From the NCBI GenBank assembly GCA_964016885.1, contig OZ024746.1, positions 72,416,001 to 72,480,000 on the forward strand: DNA of 64,000 nucleotides. The letters are read 5' to 3'. Below are positions 13,651 to 28,337 of the stretch, piece by piece (the first letter of the stretch is position 1; each line of letters begins with the position of its first letter). The DNA is from Eledone cirrhosa. Its lineage: Eukaryota. A program made the position numbers and the translations under genes. A model generated the notes under the pieces. The model searched no databases, was not told the DNA's origin, and saw only the letters and a program-made list of their open reading frames with translations.

Positions 13651-13814
13651 CTATATATATATATATATTATATATATATATATATATAATATATATATAT
13701 ATACGTATATATATAATGAGCAGCTTTTCTTTCACAGATATTATATTTAATTCACGTTTGTGATCCTTTCCTAAGCCAGCGATTCTTTGTCTCTGAAAAA
13801 GTACGAGTGTCCTA

Positions 13815-14795
13815 AACAGTGTTTCGTTTTCTGCGTAGGGTCCACCATATGTTGACCTCTGCTGGGATCCTTGTTATTTTTATTTTGTAGGATCTTCTTC
13901 CCATGTATGTGGGGAAGATGTGTTGACTCGTTTTTATTGGGTGAACCGAGTGTTTTTGAGCCAGAGTTTCGCTCTTAAAGAGCACTGACACACTTCCATA
14001 CTGTTTAGCTCTTTGGAGGTATGCCACGTCTGGCATGATATCTTTTAATGCAGCTTCAAAAGTGCTTGTTGGGAGCGTTATGGGTTTTTTTGGTAATAAT
14101 ATCAACTGTTCTGTAGATTAGTTTCTTTTTCTGTGTCATCTCTCTTACTTGTGGGGGTATGTGTAAGTGTGGGGTGTCTCTCTCAAACGTCACATAGTTG
14201 GAAGCTTCTCCAAATATTGGGACTTTTGTGAAATGTCCATGGGGTAATATTTAAAATCCTGTTGCTTAGCAACGGTTGCTGCAAATGAAATTTTGTTATT
14301 GTTGTTGTTCTCATTTATTGTGTTGTTGTTGTTGTTGTTGGTGTTGCTTGTGGTGGTGTTAGTATTTGCTACACATTCTTCCTTCTGTGTGTGGATACAT
14401 GTGACGTTTGTGACGTCATGCGTGTTCAGTTGCTTACAAGCAACTGAAGCTTGTTCCTCTTCTAAATATTGAGGCGATAATGTTGGCATTCCGTTGTTCT
14501 TGTCTGGTCAAGTAGGCATGGCTTTCCCTTCCCATCTTCTTGTATTGACAAAGAAGAAGGTACCTTTGCTTCGGCCAATTTTTTAAATTGAAGTGTTTTG
14601 CAAACGTTTTTTCGAAAATATGTTGGATGTTTTTGCCCTGAGGGGCACGATATTTTGGGAGACTGACCAGATCAAAATTTGACCTGTCAGTCCTTCTACA
14701 AATTGGTATAAAAATAAAAGTTCACAATGACGAATTTCTAAAGAAATTTAAACAAAACATACCGAGCAAGTTTAACACATGTGTCCATCCCAGGA
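13815..14795 (-). mobile_element. 5' part (ORF1 fragment) of a Tx1/L1-like LINE related to 43950-48980
   Basis: EAALK..RAKQYGSVSVLFKSETLAQKHSV...PTYMGRR..KITRIP..VNIWW aligns with EAALK..RAKQFGTISVLFKTEALAIKHSV...PSYVGKR..RVPRIP..MNIWW at 44340-44560. Confidence 0.8.
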
Positions 14796-15149
14796 TAGAC
14801 CCTTAGATAGATAGCTAGACAGATAGATTGACAGATTGACAGATATATAGATATGTGCATATGTATATATATTTATATATATCGTATGTTCCATAAACCC
14901 ATACAGGGATGAAGGCCAGCAAGTCCCATCCAACCACATAGTGCACTTCAGCTATAATAGTGTCCGGGGCTCTTTCGTGTTCCTCCGCTTCACAGCCCTT
15001 CAGGTCGCATGAGTTCAATCAATTCCATTCGTGTGTCACGCGCAACATAGGGAAGAAAGACAGGAAATGTTTCTACCACGATAATTTTGCGTCAGCCCTA
15101 CCAGATGCCAGAGGAAGAACCAGGGGCTTTACACAACAGTGGCCTTGCC

Positions 15150-16025
15150 CAGCTCAACATGAGCGTGATTTTGATAGTGAGTTTCTGTCCCGGTGAGTGA
15201 TCGTCAGGTTCCCGAAAGTTGACGGCTCACTCGCAACTGAAGCGCTAGCGTTGTCAATTGAACTAGTACTTAAAACCAACACACCAACTGTCTCCAAGGC
15301 CGGAGCCCCTTGTTCTGTTTTGTAATTCAAACACTCGGAATCTCGAGGGTTAAGGAAGTCTCGGTCCCTCCCCTGTTTCGAGGCTCAGAGGCAACATCGC
15401 TTCTTTCAGCTATCTCCTTGCAACTAGCTTCACTATTCTCTTAAGCTGCCCGCCCGCGCCGACACCAAACACATAGCCCCCGCACTGTCAATTGCAAATT
15501 AATTAAGGGTGAAGTTTCTGCAGTGATACGTGTGCTGGCTTCGAATGACACAGTTCTCCGGCCCACATCGGATGTCCTGGCTGCTCTCTGCTGTAAACAC
15601 CCAAGCTTCCTGACCGATATCAGAGACGTCCAAGCTCTAGTCAGGAATATTGCCTTAACCACCTTCAATGAAGAGGTGATAGCTTCCATGAGATCCTTCT
15701 CAGAGAGCATCAATGGTAGATTGGATGACCTGCGATCCGTCCACCTTAAAGATTTAATCTCGCTATCCTCCACTGAGGCCGGAGTGCATCTGCTTCGATG
15801 ACTGCTCTAAACAACAATCTTTTACGAGCCGACCTCCCCCGTCATTTCCGCATTCTTTTCTTCTCAATCTATCTGACTGCGTTGAATAAGAATTCCGAGG
15901 TATCCGACCCATCATATTGGGCAACGTTTTTCAACGACGTGGGGTCGATAGTCTGCATGTCAGTTATGGAGGACCTCAACGAAAAACTGCACTATGCGAA
16001 TGTGAAACTGCTGTCTCTTGGCTAG
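15150..16025 (+). pseudogene. CRE-clade non-LTR retrotransposon pre-RT/RT N-terminal fragment
   Basis: KGEVSAVIRVLASND..VLAALCCKHP; SF...GRLDDLRSVHLKDL...EAG..LL; LTALNK then frameshifted GIRPIILGNVFQR, resembling CRE-type motifs as I recall them. Confidence 0.7.
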
Positions 16026-16302
16026 ATTTTTCATTGAGTATACACTCCCATTGTTACCTCTTTCTTTTGATGTACACAATTCTATACCTTTAGGAATCCA
16101 TAAGACATGTAAATCATTGATCTTATAATGGGTAAATCAGATCATAAAGTAACAGCTGTGATATATAATCGTTGTACATTGTCAAAATATAATAGAACAT
16201 GTGTTGTGTGCTGTCCTGTGCTGTTCTCGGTATCTTGATAGCAAGAAGTATCTGCGGGATACTTAACTCTATAAACAGCAGTAAATAAGATATTTGTGTG
16301 TG

Positions 16303-16460
16303 GAGGCAACAAATAGGCAGAGTCAGTAGAATGCCTTGGAGTATTTCTTCCAGCTCTCTGCGTTCTGAGTTCAAATCACGCCAAGATCAACTTTGCACTT
16401 TCATCCTTTCGTGGTCGATAAAAAAAAATGCCAGTCTCATACTGAAGTTAATTCTTCCTC
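16303..16460 (+). mobile_element. Diverged tRNA-derived SINE (main family)
   Basis: gttctgagttcaaatc B-box, ctttcatcctttcgtggtcgataaaa core. Confidence 0.8.
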
Positions 16461-16467
16461 TATATCA

Positions 16468-16524
<57 letters not shown>

Positions 16525-16793
16525 AAATCGGCTGTATTCATGCCTGGAGAGGAGATAGGATCTGCCAGGTTTAAAAAATGCCCAAGAAACGCCGTATGTC
16601 ACTACGGTGCCCATACGATTCCATCAAAAGTTACGGGTACATATATATATGTTGGTGTGAGTATAACAGAAGGAGTGAATTTGTGTGAGTTTGTGTCCTT
16701 ATATAATATATATGTACGTAAAAATATATGTATGTATACAGGTGGAGGGCGCATGGATGTGTGTCGTGTGAGTCTGTGTTTATATATATATTG

Positions 16794-17110
<317 letters not shown>

Positions 17111-17130
17111 TATATATATATTATTATTAC

Positions 17131-17166
<36 letters not shown>

Positions 17167-17935
17167 TTACTTTTACATACATATATATATACATCTCTGT
17201 GTGTGTGTGTGGTTTATCCCTGAGATTGTCTAACGTCCTGTCCAGCGAGATGCATTGTAGTTTCAGTCGCTTAAGACTCGTGAAACCGGGATCAGCACCG
17301 GACTAATGAGCTTCCGTCCTTCAAACACACTTTAGACTTTTCATATCTATACCCTTATAAAAATGAAGATTGTTTGTTTGTATGTTGACCGCTAATAATA
17401 CAAAATATAATTGATAATAAAGTTTTTTCGTGTTTTCAACTATTTTGAGCTCCTTCAAGCTCGCTGTCGATTTATATTCCGAAAATGGATGGGGGGGGGG
17501 GGAAGTTGGAGGGGAATTTACTGCTATTTCTAGCACAGTGATACTGTTTGTTCGTCCCTCATACTATCTATAAATAAAAAGTGAAATATTACTTCACCTC
17601 TCACTCAATCCACCTCCCCCTCTCCCTAACTAACTAAAATTTTCTACCGTTTCTTTTCGTTTGTTGTCGGCCGGTCAGACGTCTGGGGTCCTTAAAAATT
17701 CTTGGCTTAAGTGTATCTCGAAAGTTGTTACCTTAACAGGGGATGTAAGGCCGCTGCAATAAGTGTGTTAATCTGAGAGGTGAATATGTTGAATAAAATT
17801 ATAATTAACCCATCCTCGTGTATTTTCTTTTACCCAAAACCAGGAACTAAAGAGCAGATCGAGCTGGAGTTGGGTATATAGCATTAACCTAGATCCTGAG
17901 CCACCCATCTGTGAAACGGTCGTGAAACCTCGCTT

Positions 17936-17993
<58 letters not shown>

Positions 17994-18031
17994 ATATATA
18001 TGTATATATGTATATATATATTTATATATAT

Positions 18032-18460
<429 letters not shown>

Positions 18461-18680
18461 ACATTTCATAAAATTGTAGGAATCTCAGCGCGGGGATAGC
18501 TGTGAACAGCTGATTGCTATGTGCACAGCAAAAAGTCGGGTTAAAATGAAACGACATATTGAGCGGAAGAATGGAGAGAGGGAAAGAATGGAGCAAAGAA
18601 AATCTAAAGCATGAGACGAGAAATGAGAGGTGGATAGAGAGAGGAATATATATATATATGTGTGTGTGTGTGTGCATATA

Positions 18681-18870
18681 CGAGGGTCATCTGAAAAGTT
18701 CATAAACTAACTATGAAGCAATGATGCTAGGACTCCGAAATCTTGCATGCATTAATTTCAACACTTCTTATTAATAACTGCATTATTTCTTTCCAGGGAC
18801 TATGTTGACAAATAAACCTCTTTTGGGCAATCCTCGAAGATTATCTTGGTCAGCCTATGAACTTTTCAGC
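18681..18870. mobile_element. Mariner-type MITE (right end eroded)
   Basis: TA-cgagggtcatctgaaaagttcata ... tatgaacttttcag; homologous to 28709-28907. Confidence 0.8.
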
Positions 18871-18928
18871 ATATATATATATATATATATATAATATAAG
18901 ATCAAAAGATCGTTAAAAGAGTTCCATG

Positions 18929-18999
18929 TATTTTATTATGCGCATTTCAAAAACAAATATCATTATGGGATGATATTTGCGTTCTCATCAGATAAAATA
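18929..18999 (-). ncRNA. Type I hammerhead ribozyme motif, intact core
   Basis: Minus strand: tattttat CTGATGA gaacg caaatatcat cccata atgatatttg ttttt GAAA tgcgca TA ataaaata. Confidence 0.8.
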
Positions 19000-19039
19000 G
19001 GGAGACATGATATGAAGCTTAAAAAACACCTGCGAGCAG

Positions 19040-19078
<39 letters not shown>

Positions 19079-19112
19079 ATGTATTATATATATATATATG
19101 TGTGTGTGTGTG

Positions 19113-19174
<62 letters not shown>

Positions 19175-19275
19175 TGTATATATATTTATATAATATAAAT
19201 AATAATGTAATATATATATATATATATATAATTTATATTATATAAATATATATACATGCATATATATATATATGC

Positions 19276-19336
<61 letters not shown>

Positions 19337-19373
19337 AATATATATATGTGAGTCCTGGATTCAATCGGGGGTA

Positions 19374-19548
19374 GCCACAGTAAGTAAGGTACTCAATACA
19401 TTCGTAGAGTGTACACAACAAATTTAATATAGAAATGGCTTCTATAGGACTAGAACTATTTCATTCGAAGGAAATCATCAGGAAAGCTCTGATGATTTCC
19501 TTCGAATGAAACAGTTCTAATTACTGTAGAAGCCATTTCTATATTAAA
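19374..19548. mobile_element. Fold-back of two divergently oriented hammerhead motifs (family of 31136-31866)
   Basis: 19423-19548 is palindromic; plus strand CTGATGA tttccttcgaat GAAA cag ttctaatta ctg TA gaagc; mirror copy on minus. Confidence 0.8.
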
Positions 19549-19616
19549 GCTGTTATATACATATATATATACATATATATATATACATATATATATATAA
19601 ATATGTATATATATAT

Positions 19617-19717
<101 letters not shown>

Positions 19718-19718
19718 C

Positions 19719-19777
<59 letters not shown>

Positions 19778-20009
19778 CGTTTGTGTATGTATGTATATGG
19801 GTGTTCGCGCGTGTGTATGTGTGCTGTAAACATGCGCAGACAGAAGTTGTGAGTAAGTTTGTACCTTTCTACAGAGGAATCTGTTCTATTGATCATGGGA
19901 AGTAGAGCAAGGTCACCTATAGTGCCGTGTGCAGAGGTTTCTCGTACTGTTGACGGTATAGGTGGGAGGGGTACAGTAGAAACTATAGGTGATGTTGGGG
20001 GGGGAGGTA

Positions 20010-20067
<58 letters not shown>

Positions 20068-20073
20068 TATATA

Positions 20074-20105
<32 letters not shown>

Positions 20106-20236
20106 GGGGGTGAGAAAGAGAGAGAGCGGGGAGGAGGAGAAGAGGAAAATAGGCAGAGAAATAGAGAGCGGGGAAGTGACGTAGAGAGAGATGATACAAC
20201 ATATGATTGCGTGCATGTTTGTCGATGTGTATGTCT

Positions 20237-20343
<107 letters not shown>

Positions 20344-20664
20344 ACGTTGTTGCTGTTGCATACCGCCAGATCCTTTATTTTGCAGATCTATGCTCAAATT
20401 TCAGAAACGTTCTAGCTTTGAACACCCCATCATTATTTCAGACATTGTATGCTTTTCACTTTTCTTTTAAGATGGTACAGGGTGTGATATAAATGACACT
20501 TGCCTGCTAACTTTAGCAGGGCTAATGATGCCCTGGCGAAAAATTCTTGATGTAATCTGTGTCGAATTGGCAGTGTCTTTAATTAGAAATATGGTAACAA
20601 AGATGTGAAGATTTCTTGCAGAGAAGGAGGGAGTGAGTGATAGGGAGGAAGTGAGAGAGAGATA

Positions 20665-20810
20665 TAGGAAGAATCGACCCCAGCACTGGACTGATACTTT
20701 TTTATCGACCGTGAAGGATTTAAAGGCAAAGTTGATGTCGGTGGGATTTGCACTCAGAGCTCAGAGAGCCAGAACAAACACCGATGTTCAAACGACTCCG
20801 CCAATTTGTT
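20665..20810 (-). mobile_element. Diverged tRNA-derived SINE (main family)
   Basis: tttatcgaccgtgaagg..aaaggcaaagttga..ggtgggatttgcactcag is the reverse complement of the family core. Confidence 0.8.
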
Positions 20811-21414
20811 TCTTAGAAATACGGTAACAATTGGGTGAAGATAGTATAGGGTATATTTAGCAGGTTCATGACGCCCCAATATAGAATCCTTGGCCTAGTA
20901 AAATGGTATATGAGGAACATACGGTTGCCATTTTTAGCAGGTTTGGTGATGTCCCGAAATTGAATCCCTGATGTGGGAAGACGAACCTGATATCTATGTG
21001 GTTTTGAGGGATAGTTAGCTGCTATTTTTATCGGGTTTAGTGATAGCCTGATATAGAATCCCTGGTGTAGTGTTTCGTGTATTGTAGCAATATGTGTGGA
21101 GAGAGGGGAGGTAAAGTGGGGAGGGGCTGCGATATCGACCTTTCTTTATTGATTTTTATTGTTCTAATTTTGCTTATTTTCGTCATGGGATCTTACAAAG
21201 TGTGTTGCTGTTGGTGTTGTTATTGCTGATACTACTACTGTTTGTTGTTGTTGCTGCGACTACTACTGTATGATGTTGCTGTTGTTGTTGTTGTTCTTTA
21301 TTTCTGAGGTTGTTGCTGCTTTATTTCTATTTAGTTATTTTTTTCTTGAATTTTTATTCGTTTTGCTTTTATTGTTCTCTTTCTCTTTCTCTCTATCTCT
21401 CTCTCTCTCTCTAA

Positions 21415-21447
<33 letters not shown>

Positions 21448-21458
21448 GCACACACATA

Positions 21459-21491
<33 letters not shown>

Positions 21492-21597
21492 TCTCTCCAC
21501 TTTTCCCTCTGTCTCTCGCTCTCTCCCTCTTTCATTTTCTCTACTTATCTAAATATCCCTATCTCACTTTCTATGTATCTATCTACCTAATTCTCTC

Positions 21598-21702
<105 letters not shown>

Positions 21703-22011
21703 CTATATATATATATATACCATTTTTGCTGTGTGACTTACCAATGAGTAGAACTGGTCATTCTGGTTAGCAAATCATGATGTGAGAAATTAAACCACTC
21801 GACATTACGCAAATCATCCATCGTAGATGTGGTATCCCGTGTAAATTTCTGTCGTCACCAAACGACTTCAAACCCTCACCCCCACCCTCCGGTCATGCCT
21901 ACCAACCCACAATAACACTGAATTGGCGGGTCATCTCCAAATGAAATATATTCTCTATTCTCTGTTTGTGTTTACCATAATCATGTTATCAATTAATTTA
22001 TTTTGCAATCC

Positions 22012-22085
22012 ACACCTGATGAAATCGCCAAAGTCTTACGTCATGATCGGATCATGTAACTAGGCCATTGAAATACGTATAGTAA
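22012..22085 (+). ncRNA. Hammerhead-like motif with long stem II
   Basis: ac CTGATGA aatcgcc...catgatc g gatcatg...ggccatt GAAA tacgta TA gt. Confidence 0.6.
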
Positions 22086-22176
22086 AAGAATATTTCCTGT
22101 TGTTTTTAAATGAATGTGTGTGTGTGTGTAGATATATATATATATATATATACATATATGTGTGGGTATATATACA

Positions 22177-22294
<118 letters not shown>

Positions 22295-23121
22295 AGTTTT
22301 ATGCTACAAGCAAACTACAAATTGCTCAATGCGTCGAGTTGATATGATATATTAATATATTGATGCTGGATCTCTATAAACTCGTTTCTTTTGCGCAACT
22401 TCTGCGTTGAACTGTATATGTACTGGCGACATAGATATTCAGATTTGATAAATAAATGAATGAAGAAAGAAAGAAAAATAGAAAGAAATTTGGCTCAGAT
22501 CTAGAATTACAGCTTTTACAAAAGAGGGGCCGCGCAGTTTCAAAGGAAAATCTTTTTTTATATATACTTTTTAATTTTAACAAATATATGGATTATTTTT
22601 AAAAACTTAAGTTGTTGTTATTTATTCTCATGTCAAACTTAATCTAACAATCTATGATCAGACATCCCAACCATGACCATCCCGTATTTGTTCCAATCAT
22701 AGATCATCTTAGACTAAATTATCCATTATATTTTTATACGTTTTGAAAAAGGTAGATAGGGTGTGACTTGAGCGAGATGTCGTTACTATTTCTTGTACGA
22801 TACTTAGAGAAAGCAGTTATCATAGCAATGAGAGTAAATTGTAGGCGTCGTTATATTGCAAGTTAAAAGCTGTTGATGGGTTGATTAAATAATTGACAAA
22901 CTCATTGTTAATACTTTCAGCGTCTAACTTCCTAACTACGAAGAGAAAACAAAAACCAGAAAGGGAAGCTTTACTAAGTGGTTTTCTCTACTAGGAAGAA
23001 TGGCCAAATACTCTTAACATATGATATACATTGGGATGCACTATGCTTGAAGAAAAAAGACATGATGGCCATAGTTTAAAAAATCTTTGATTATAAGTCT
23101 ACTCGATAAAGCATAAAGACG

Positions 23122-23400
23122 CTTGACCTAGTGCATAGGGCGTTTGGGTTCACAATTGTAAGGGTAAGGTTTCGATTCCCAGACTGGGGGGGCACGTTGT
23201 TTCCTTGAAGCAAGACACTTCATTTCACATCGCTTCTGTCCACTCAGCTGAAAATGGCTACCAACAGCAATAGCTGGGAGTTAACTTTGTGACATCCAGG
23301 GTGGCGTGGAGATATTCTTGTATTTTCAGTCACTTAACGGGGATTAAACCGGAATGAATACCGACATGATTAGCCTCTAAAGATTTTAACGTTTTTATAA
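23122..23400 (+). mobile_element. tRNA-derived SINE of a different family (CORE/V-like central motif)
   Basis: B-box ggtttcgattcc followed by ttgtttccttgaagcaagacactt...tccactcagctg. Confidence 0.65.
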
Positions 23401-23404
23401 CTTT

Positions 23405-24690
23405 AGTGCGGTACAAGCAGAAGCTAAAACTAGCAGCAAAGACATCCAAGGTTAAATCAGAGAAGGTCTTTGGGGCTAAGATGGAATCTGACTTTAGATC
23501 AGCAAATATTCTGGTAGATCATCCCACCGAATTCGTAATAAAAAGTCCATTCCCTTACGCCTACAATCAGGAACTCGTCTGGATTTCTTCTCTTTGAAGA
23601 GAGGTACATTTTTGCAATGTGGTGAAAATACTATGGTGATCTCCTAAATCCGGTCACAACAGCATCACGAGGTGCAACTGATAGTTAAGATAAAGAGACT
23701 AGAGAGATTGCAAGAGTTAAAAAAAGAGACAGAAGAGGGTTGCTCTAATTATAATGTCTACCGCGAGTATTCGGAAAAGAGATGAGATATTGTCGACTCC
23801 AAGCTAGCTGATGAACAGTGTAGTTTTCGTCCCGGGTATATTCACTCCGGGGCAGATCTTCGAGAAATTGTAGGAGTATTACTAAAAGAGTTGTATGCTT
23901 GTTTCACGAACCTCGAAAAGGCATACCACTGAGTGTCACAGGAATTAATGTGGAAGGTTTTGCAAGAATATGGGATCGACGCACAGCTTCTTGAAGACCT
24001 TGTATGAATGCGCTAGTATTTTTGTCGGATAAAAGTAAAAAATGTTCAATATAGGTTTTGGACTCCGCGTGGAGTACGTATTGTCACCTGTCGTGTTCAT
24101 AATCTTCGTGAATAGAATTAAGATGCGCAGCCAGGATGGAGATGGTGTCAAAACCGGTTGGTGTAGGATCAGTAGGCTGATATTCGCAGACGACAGGGTG
24201 CTCTTTAACTCATTGGAACATGATCACCGGCAGGCACTAATAGGTTTTCTGCCGAGTATTGAAAGGCAGTAATGAATATTAGAGCTATGAAAACTGGGAT
24301 AATCTTCCTCTCGGGAGAACCCGCGATATGAGTGGAGTTACACTGAAGCAGATGGAGAAGTTGGAGAGTCTCGGGGCCATTTTCATGAGTGATGGAAGTC
24401 AGGAGGCTGGGGAATAATGCACCAGCTTCAGCACTTGGTCATCAGAAGAGTAGGTGTAAAAGCTAAACTCGATATCTTCAATTTGGTATTCGTGTCTACC
24501 CTTAACAAGTGTCAAGAATTTGGGATAAATGACAGAAAGTATATGATGGCGAATAGATGCAACCAAAACAGTGTTCCTCTGAAGGGTTTTTAAAGTAACG
24601 TTACTTGATTGAGCTTGTAGTTCGGAGATCAGTGAACTGTTCCAAGTAGAACCACTACTTCTCAGCATCGAGATTACAGCAACGATACTA
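23405..24690 (+). pseudogene. Degenerate RTE-clade LINE RT region
   Basis: VDSKLADEQCSFRPG; LEKAY; WKVLQEYGID; GLR..VLSPVVFIIFV; RLIFADD; multiple stops and deletions. Confidence 0.9.
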
Positions 24691-24721
24691 TTAGGTAAAA
24701 CAACAAAAATAAGATATAATA

Positions 24722-24830
24722 CATACGACGGGCTGCCACACATTTGCCCTCTACTAGATTCCACTCACAAGACACATTAGTCAACCCGAGACGATAGTAG
24801 AAGACACATGTCCAAAGTACCATGCAGTCT
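24722..24830 (-). mobile_element. Decayed SINE fragment (further family)
   Basis: Reverse complement tgtcttctactatcgtctcgggttgact..tcttgtgagtggaatctagtaga...gcccgtcg resembles a common octopus SINE 3' part (from recall). Confidence 0.5.
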
Positions 24831-24972
24831 AAGTTATATTTTAACATTAAACAGTTTTATGCCATTTCAATGTTGACTAAATCGTGTGTATGTAACAGCT
24901 GGTCGGCTTATCAACAAATTTATATATGCATTCACACCCACACACACACACACATATATATATATAATTACT

Positions 24973-25046
<74 letters not shown>

Positions 25047-25051
25047 GTATG

Positions 25052-25094
<43 letters not shown>

Positions 25095-25283
25095 AACTTT
25101 TATTGTCAAACAATATAGTACAGTGATGGTTGTATTGATTCGACTTTGCGTTCCGTCCATGTGTCTCCAATTTCTTATAGATGTCTCTTTGCTTGATTCT
25201 CTTTCTTACTTTCTTACCATCCACGCTCATTCGTTCAAACTTTTTCTGTCGCTATATTCTCTTTATTTCTCTTTCTATACTGT

Positions 25284-25438
<155 letters not shown>

Positions 25439-25619
25439 TATATAGATATAGATAGGTAAATATACACGGGTGTGTATGATTGTGTATAGAAGATTATATT
25501 AATAAGAGGAATTCCAACTTTGTCTGATTTGCTCGTTTTATTTACAATCCTTTAAAATATATATAATATGGTATTATAATGAAATAGTATGATAGAATAT
25601 TAAATTCTAAGTGTTAATT

Positions 25620-25657
25620 GAACAAGTACTTTCATGCTTTCGCAATCTTCAGGTTCA
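25620..25657 (-). ncRNA. Minimal hammerhead motif
   Basis: Minus strand: gaac CTGAAGA t tgc gaaa gca t GAAA gtac TT gttc. Confidence 0.7.
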
Positions 25658-25714
25658 TGATATGTGGTGACAGTCGAGTTTGCAATTTTCATATATATAT
25701 ATGCAGAGGTTATA

Positions 25715-25928
25715 TTTAATTTGTTGGGATTCAACAAGCTTAAAAACTATCCAGGAAGCTCCAACCGTTAAGGTTGTCTTTTTTTCCGGGTATGTCAATA
25801 TTTATTTATAAAATAAATCTGTATTTTATCTGATGAAAGCGCACCATAATTTGCCTTAGTTGTCCTTGAAATATGTATAATAAAATAAATATCGGTTTAT
25901 AAATATAGTTTCCATTTATTAATATATT
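25715..25928 (+). mobile_element. Short hammerhead-bearing element (second copy 30858-31105)
   Basis: attttat CTGATGA aagcgcacca...gtcctt GAAA tatgta TA ataaaat at 25823-25886; homolog has CTGAAGA aag.acacca...tggtgt.ctt GAAA tatgta TA at 31001-31063. Confidence 0.75.
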
Positions 25929-26029
25929 GTATATATATATATATATATATATCTTTTACCCCCTCTGCCAGTCACTCTCTCTGTTACCCTCTTCCTCACA
26001 CTTTCACTTACTCACTCTCTGCTACTCCC

Positions 26030-26385
26030 TCTCCTACTTCCTCCCATTTGACCTGTGCGAAATTCTTTCCTCACTCACATTTCGACCAGGTTTGATGGTC
26101 TTCATTCTCTCTCGTCTACGATTTCACAGAACTTATATTCATCGATTTCAGGGACTTGACTCCTTCTTCCTCACTTTTCATTGCATTACCATCTTTGTTT
26201 GTTTACTGTCTGGCTCGTTCCCCCTATTTACGTGTCCCAGCGACTGTCTTTAGCCGTTGCTCGCACCAACCAGAGGTATATGGTCTATAAAGCGATGAAA
26301 TACCAATGAAGGCTGGAAGATCACTGATGAAGGACTAAATTTATTCATATGTAACCCAGCTGCAACCACGCAGCACGCCATTTCT
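26030..26385. repeat. Dispersed repeat of about 350 bp (second copy 30141-30510), between (TA)n tracts
   Basis: tttgacct.tgcgaaattctttcc.tcacatttcgaccaggtttgatggtc...gcaaccacgca.cacgccat shared by both copies. Confidence 0.85.
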
Positions 26386-26485
<100 letters not shown>

Positions 26486-26980
26486 CTCCTCCCCTCTTTA
26501 TCTCACTTCCTCTCCTTCTCTTTCCCTGTCACCTTTTGAATATATGTTTATATGTTTTCTCTTTCGCTTCCTCTCTATTTATCTATCTGTATTTTCCTCT
26601 GTTTGTCTCGGTGATTCTCTCTGTTTCTTTGCCTCTCACTCTCAGTATATCTGTTTCTATATCATTCTATGTCTGTGCCAGTCTTTCTCGTTCTTTGGCA
26701 TTTTAAACCTGGCAGAGTCCAATCCTCTCTGCATCTGACCAAAGCCGATTTATTCCAGAAAGAAAAAAAACAAAGAGCGAAGTGAAGAATATTTAATATA
26801 TGATATCTTAACGCTTTTGATACCAAACCACTTGAAACTACTTCTGGTTCTATGATATAAGACTGTGTCATTAAAAGTGTTTCTAGTTATCTCAAACTTT
26901 CCATCAGGATTTTATGAAAGTACCTTTATGTTCCAAACGCCAACTTAACATACAAAAAGTTAGTTATATTATTAAACCCT

Positions 26981-27166
26981 TGGATTGGCAGTATCGGTAG
27001 AGGGTCGGACGCCATGCTTTCCAGCATAGTTACGTCCCTTTACGATCTGAGTTCAAATCCCGCCGAGGTTGACTTTGCCTTTCATCCTTACGGGGTCTAT
27101 AAAATAAAGTACCAGTAATGCACTGGGTAATTGCTGGCCTTGTGCCTAAAGTAGAAACAATTATTA
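26981..27166 (+). mobile_element. tRNA-derived SINE, main family (Meta-domain-like core)
   Basis: A-box-like tggcagtatcggtaga, B-box gagttcaaatcc, core gcctttcatccttacggggtc.ataaaataaagtaccag, 3' gctggccttgtgcctaaagtagaaac + (ATT)n. Confidence 0.9.
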
Positions 27167-27754
27167 AACCCTTGACAACTTTCAAAATTATTTGAAAATC
27201 AAAAGCAGTGCTTCTCGTTAAAAATATATGAAAATGATAAGATTAAGCGGGCGACAGATTCAGCTTAGCACTGTATGTGGAACGAGAATGTTTCAATTGA
27301 CCTGAGGCTAAAAGAGAACGTTAACAGCAACAACAACAACAACAACAACAAAAATAACCATATCACAAACAATGACTATAACAAATAAGCTACCACTACA
27401 GAAACAACAGAAAGTAACAAACACACCACTACCACAACAACAACAACACCACCAAAAACCCAACAACAACAATAACAACAACCACCCCAAAAACAACAAC
27501 ACAAGGAATAAGATAGTGGTCCTATCTGATAACCTTTATCTACACCGAGCTTTCCAATCTTTGATGTTTTGTTGGTGGTGGTGGTGGTGCTGATGAGGAT
27601 GATGCTGGTGCTGGTTTTAGTGCTAGTGGTAGTCGTGCTGGTGCTGGTGGTGATGGGCTTGGCAGTAGTAGTAGTGGTGGTTCCGGTGATAGTCGTCGTC
27701 GTCTTGGTTGTTGTTTTTTGTTGTTATTGCTGTTGTCGTTTTTTGTTGTTCTTG

Positions 27755-27930
27755 TAGTTTACGTTCTGATTTCAAATCCCGCCGAGGTTAGCTTTGCCTT
27801 TCATTCTTACGGGGTCGATAAAATAAAGCACCAGTGATGCAGTGGGGTTGGTTTAATCTACTTTTCTCCCTCCACTAAAATTGCTGGCCTTGTGCCTAAA
27901 TCAGAAATCACTATTAATATTATTATTATC
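27755..27930 (+). mobile_element. tRNA-derived SINE, main family, 5' truncated
   Basis: Same core and tail. Confidence 0.9.
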
Positions 27931-28228
27931 GTTTTATTCCTCTTTGATAATTCATGATATTAAAATTTGACATTTCATCCTGTCGGCTGGACATCAGAGA
28001 CTAATAAGCCAGCGAACCACATTGCTTTGAGTCCCTCATGAAAGCGACTTTTCGCAGTAGATATCCACGGCTAAAGTCCAACATTAACTGACTTCTAAAT
28101 GTTTTGTATTTCTCTTCGTAGAATAAGACATCAAAGATAGACATCTTAAATTATCGACTAAATGTTTTGGTAAATATCACTGGAGGAAAGGATATGTGCG
28201 TGTATGTATATATACATATAAATATGAT

Positions 28229-28337
<109 letters not shown>

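Noticed and set aside
17250-17290. Minus strand tcacga gtc..gac t GAAA c motif
   Set aside because: Core too degenerate and stems I/III not evident.
26981-27070. tRNA genes suggested by A/B boxes (gagttcaaatcc)
   Set aside because: These are SINE heads; no complete cloverleaf, and always followed by the SINE core.
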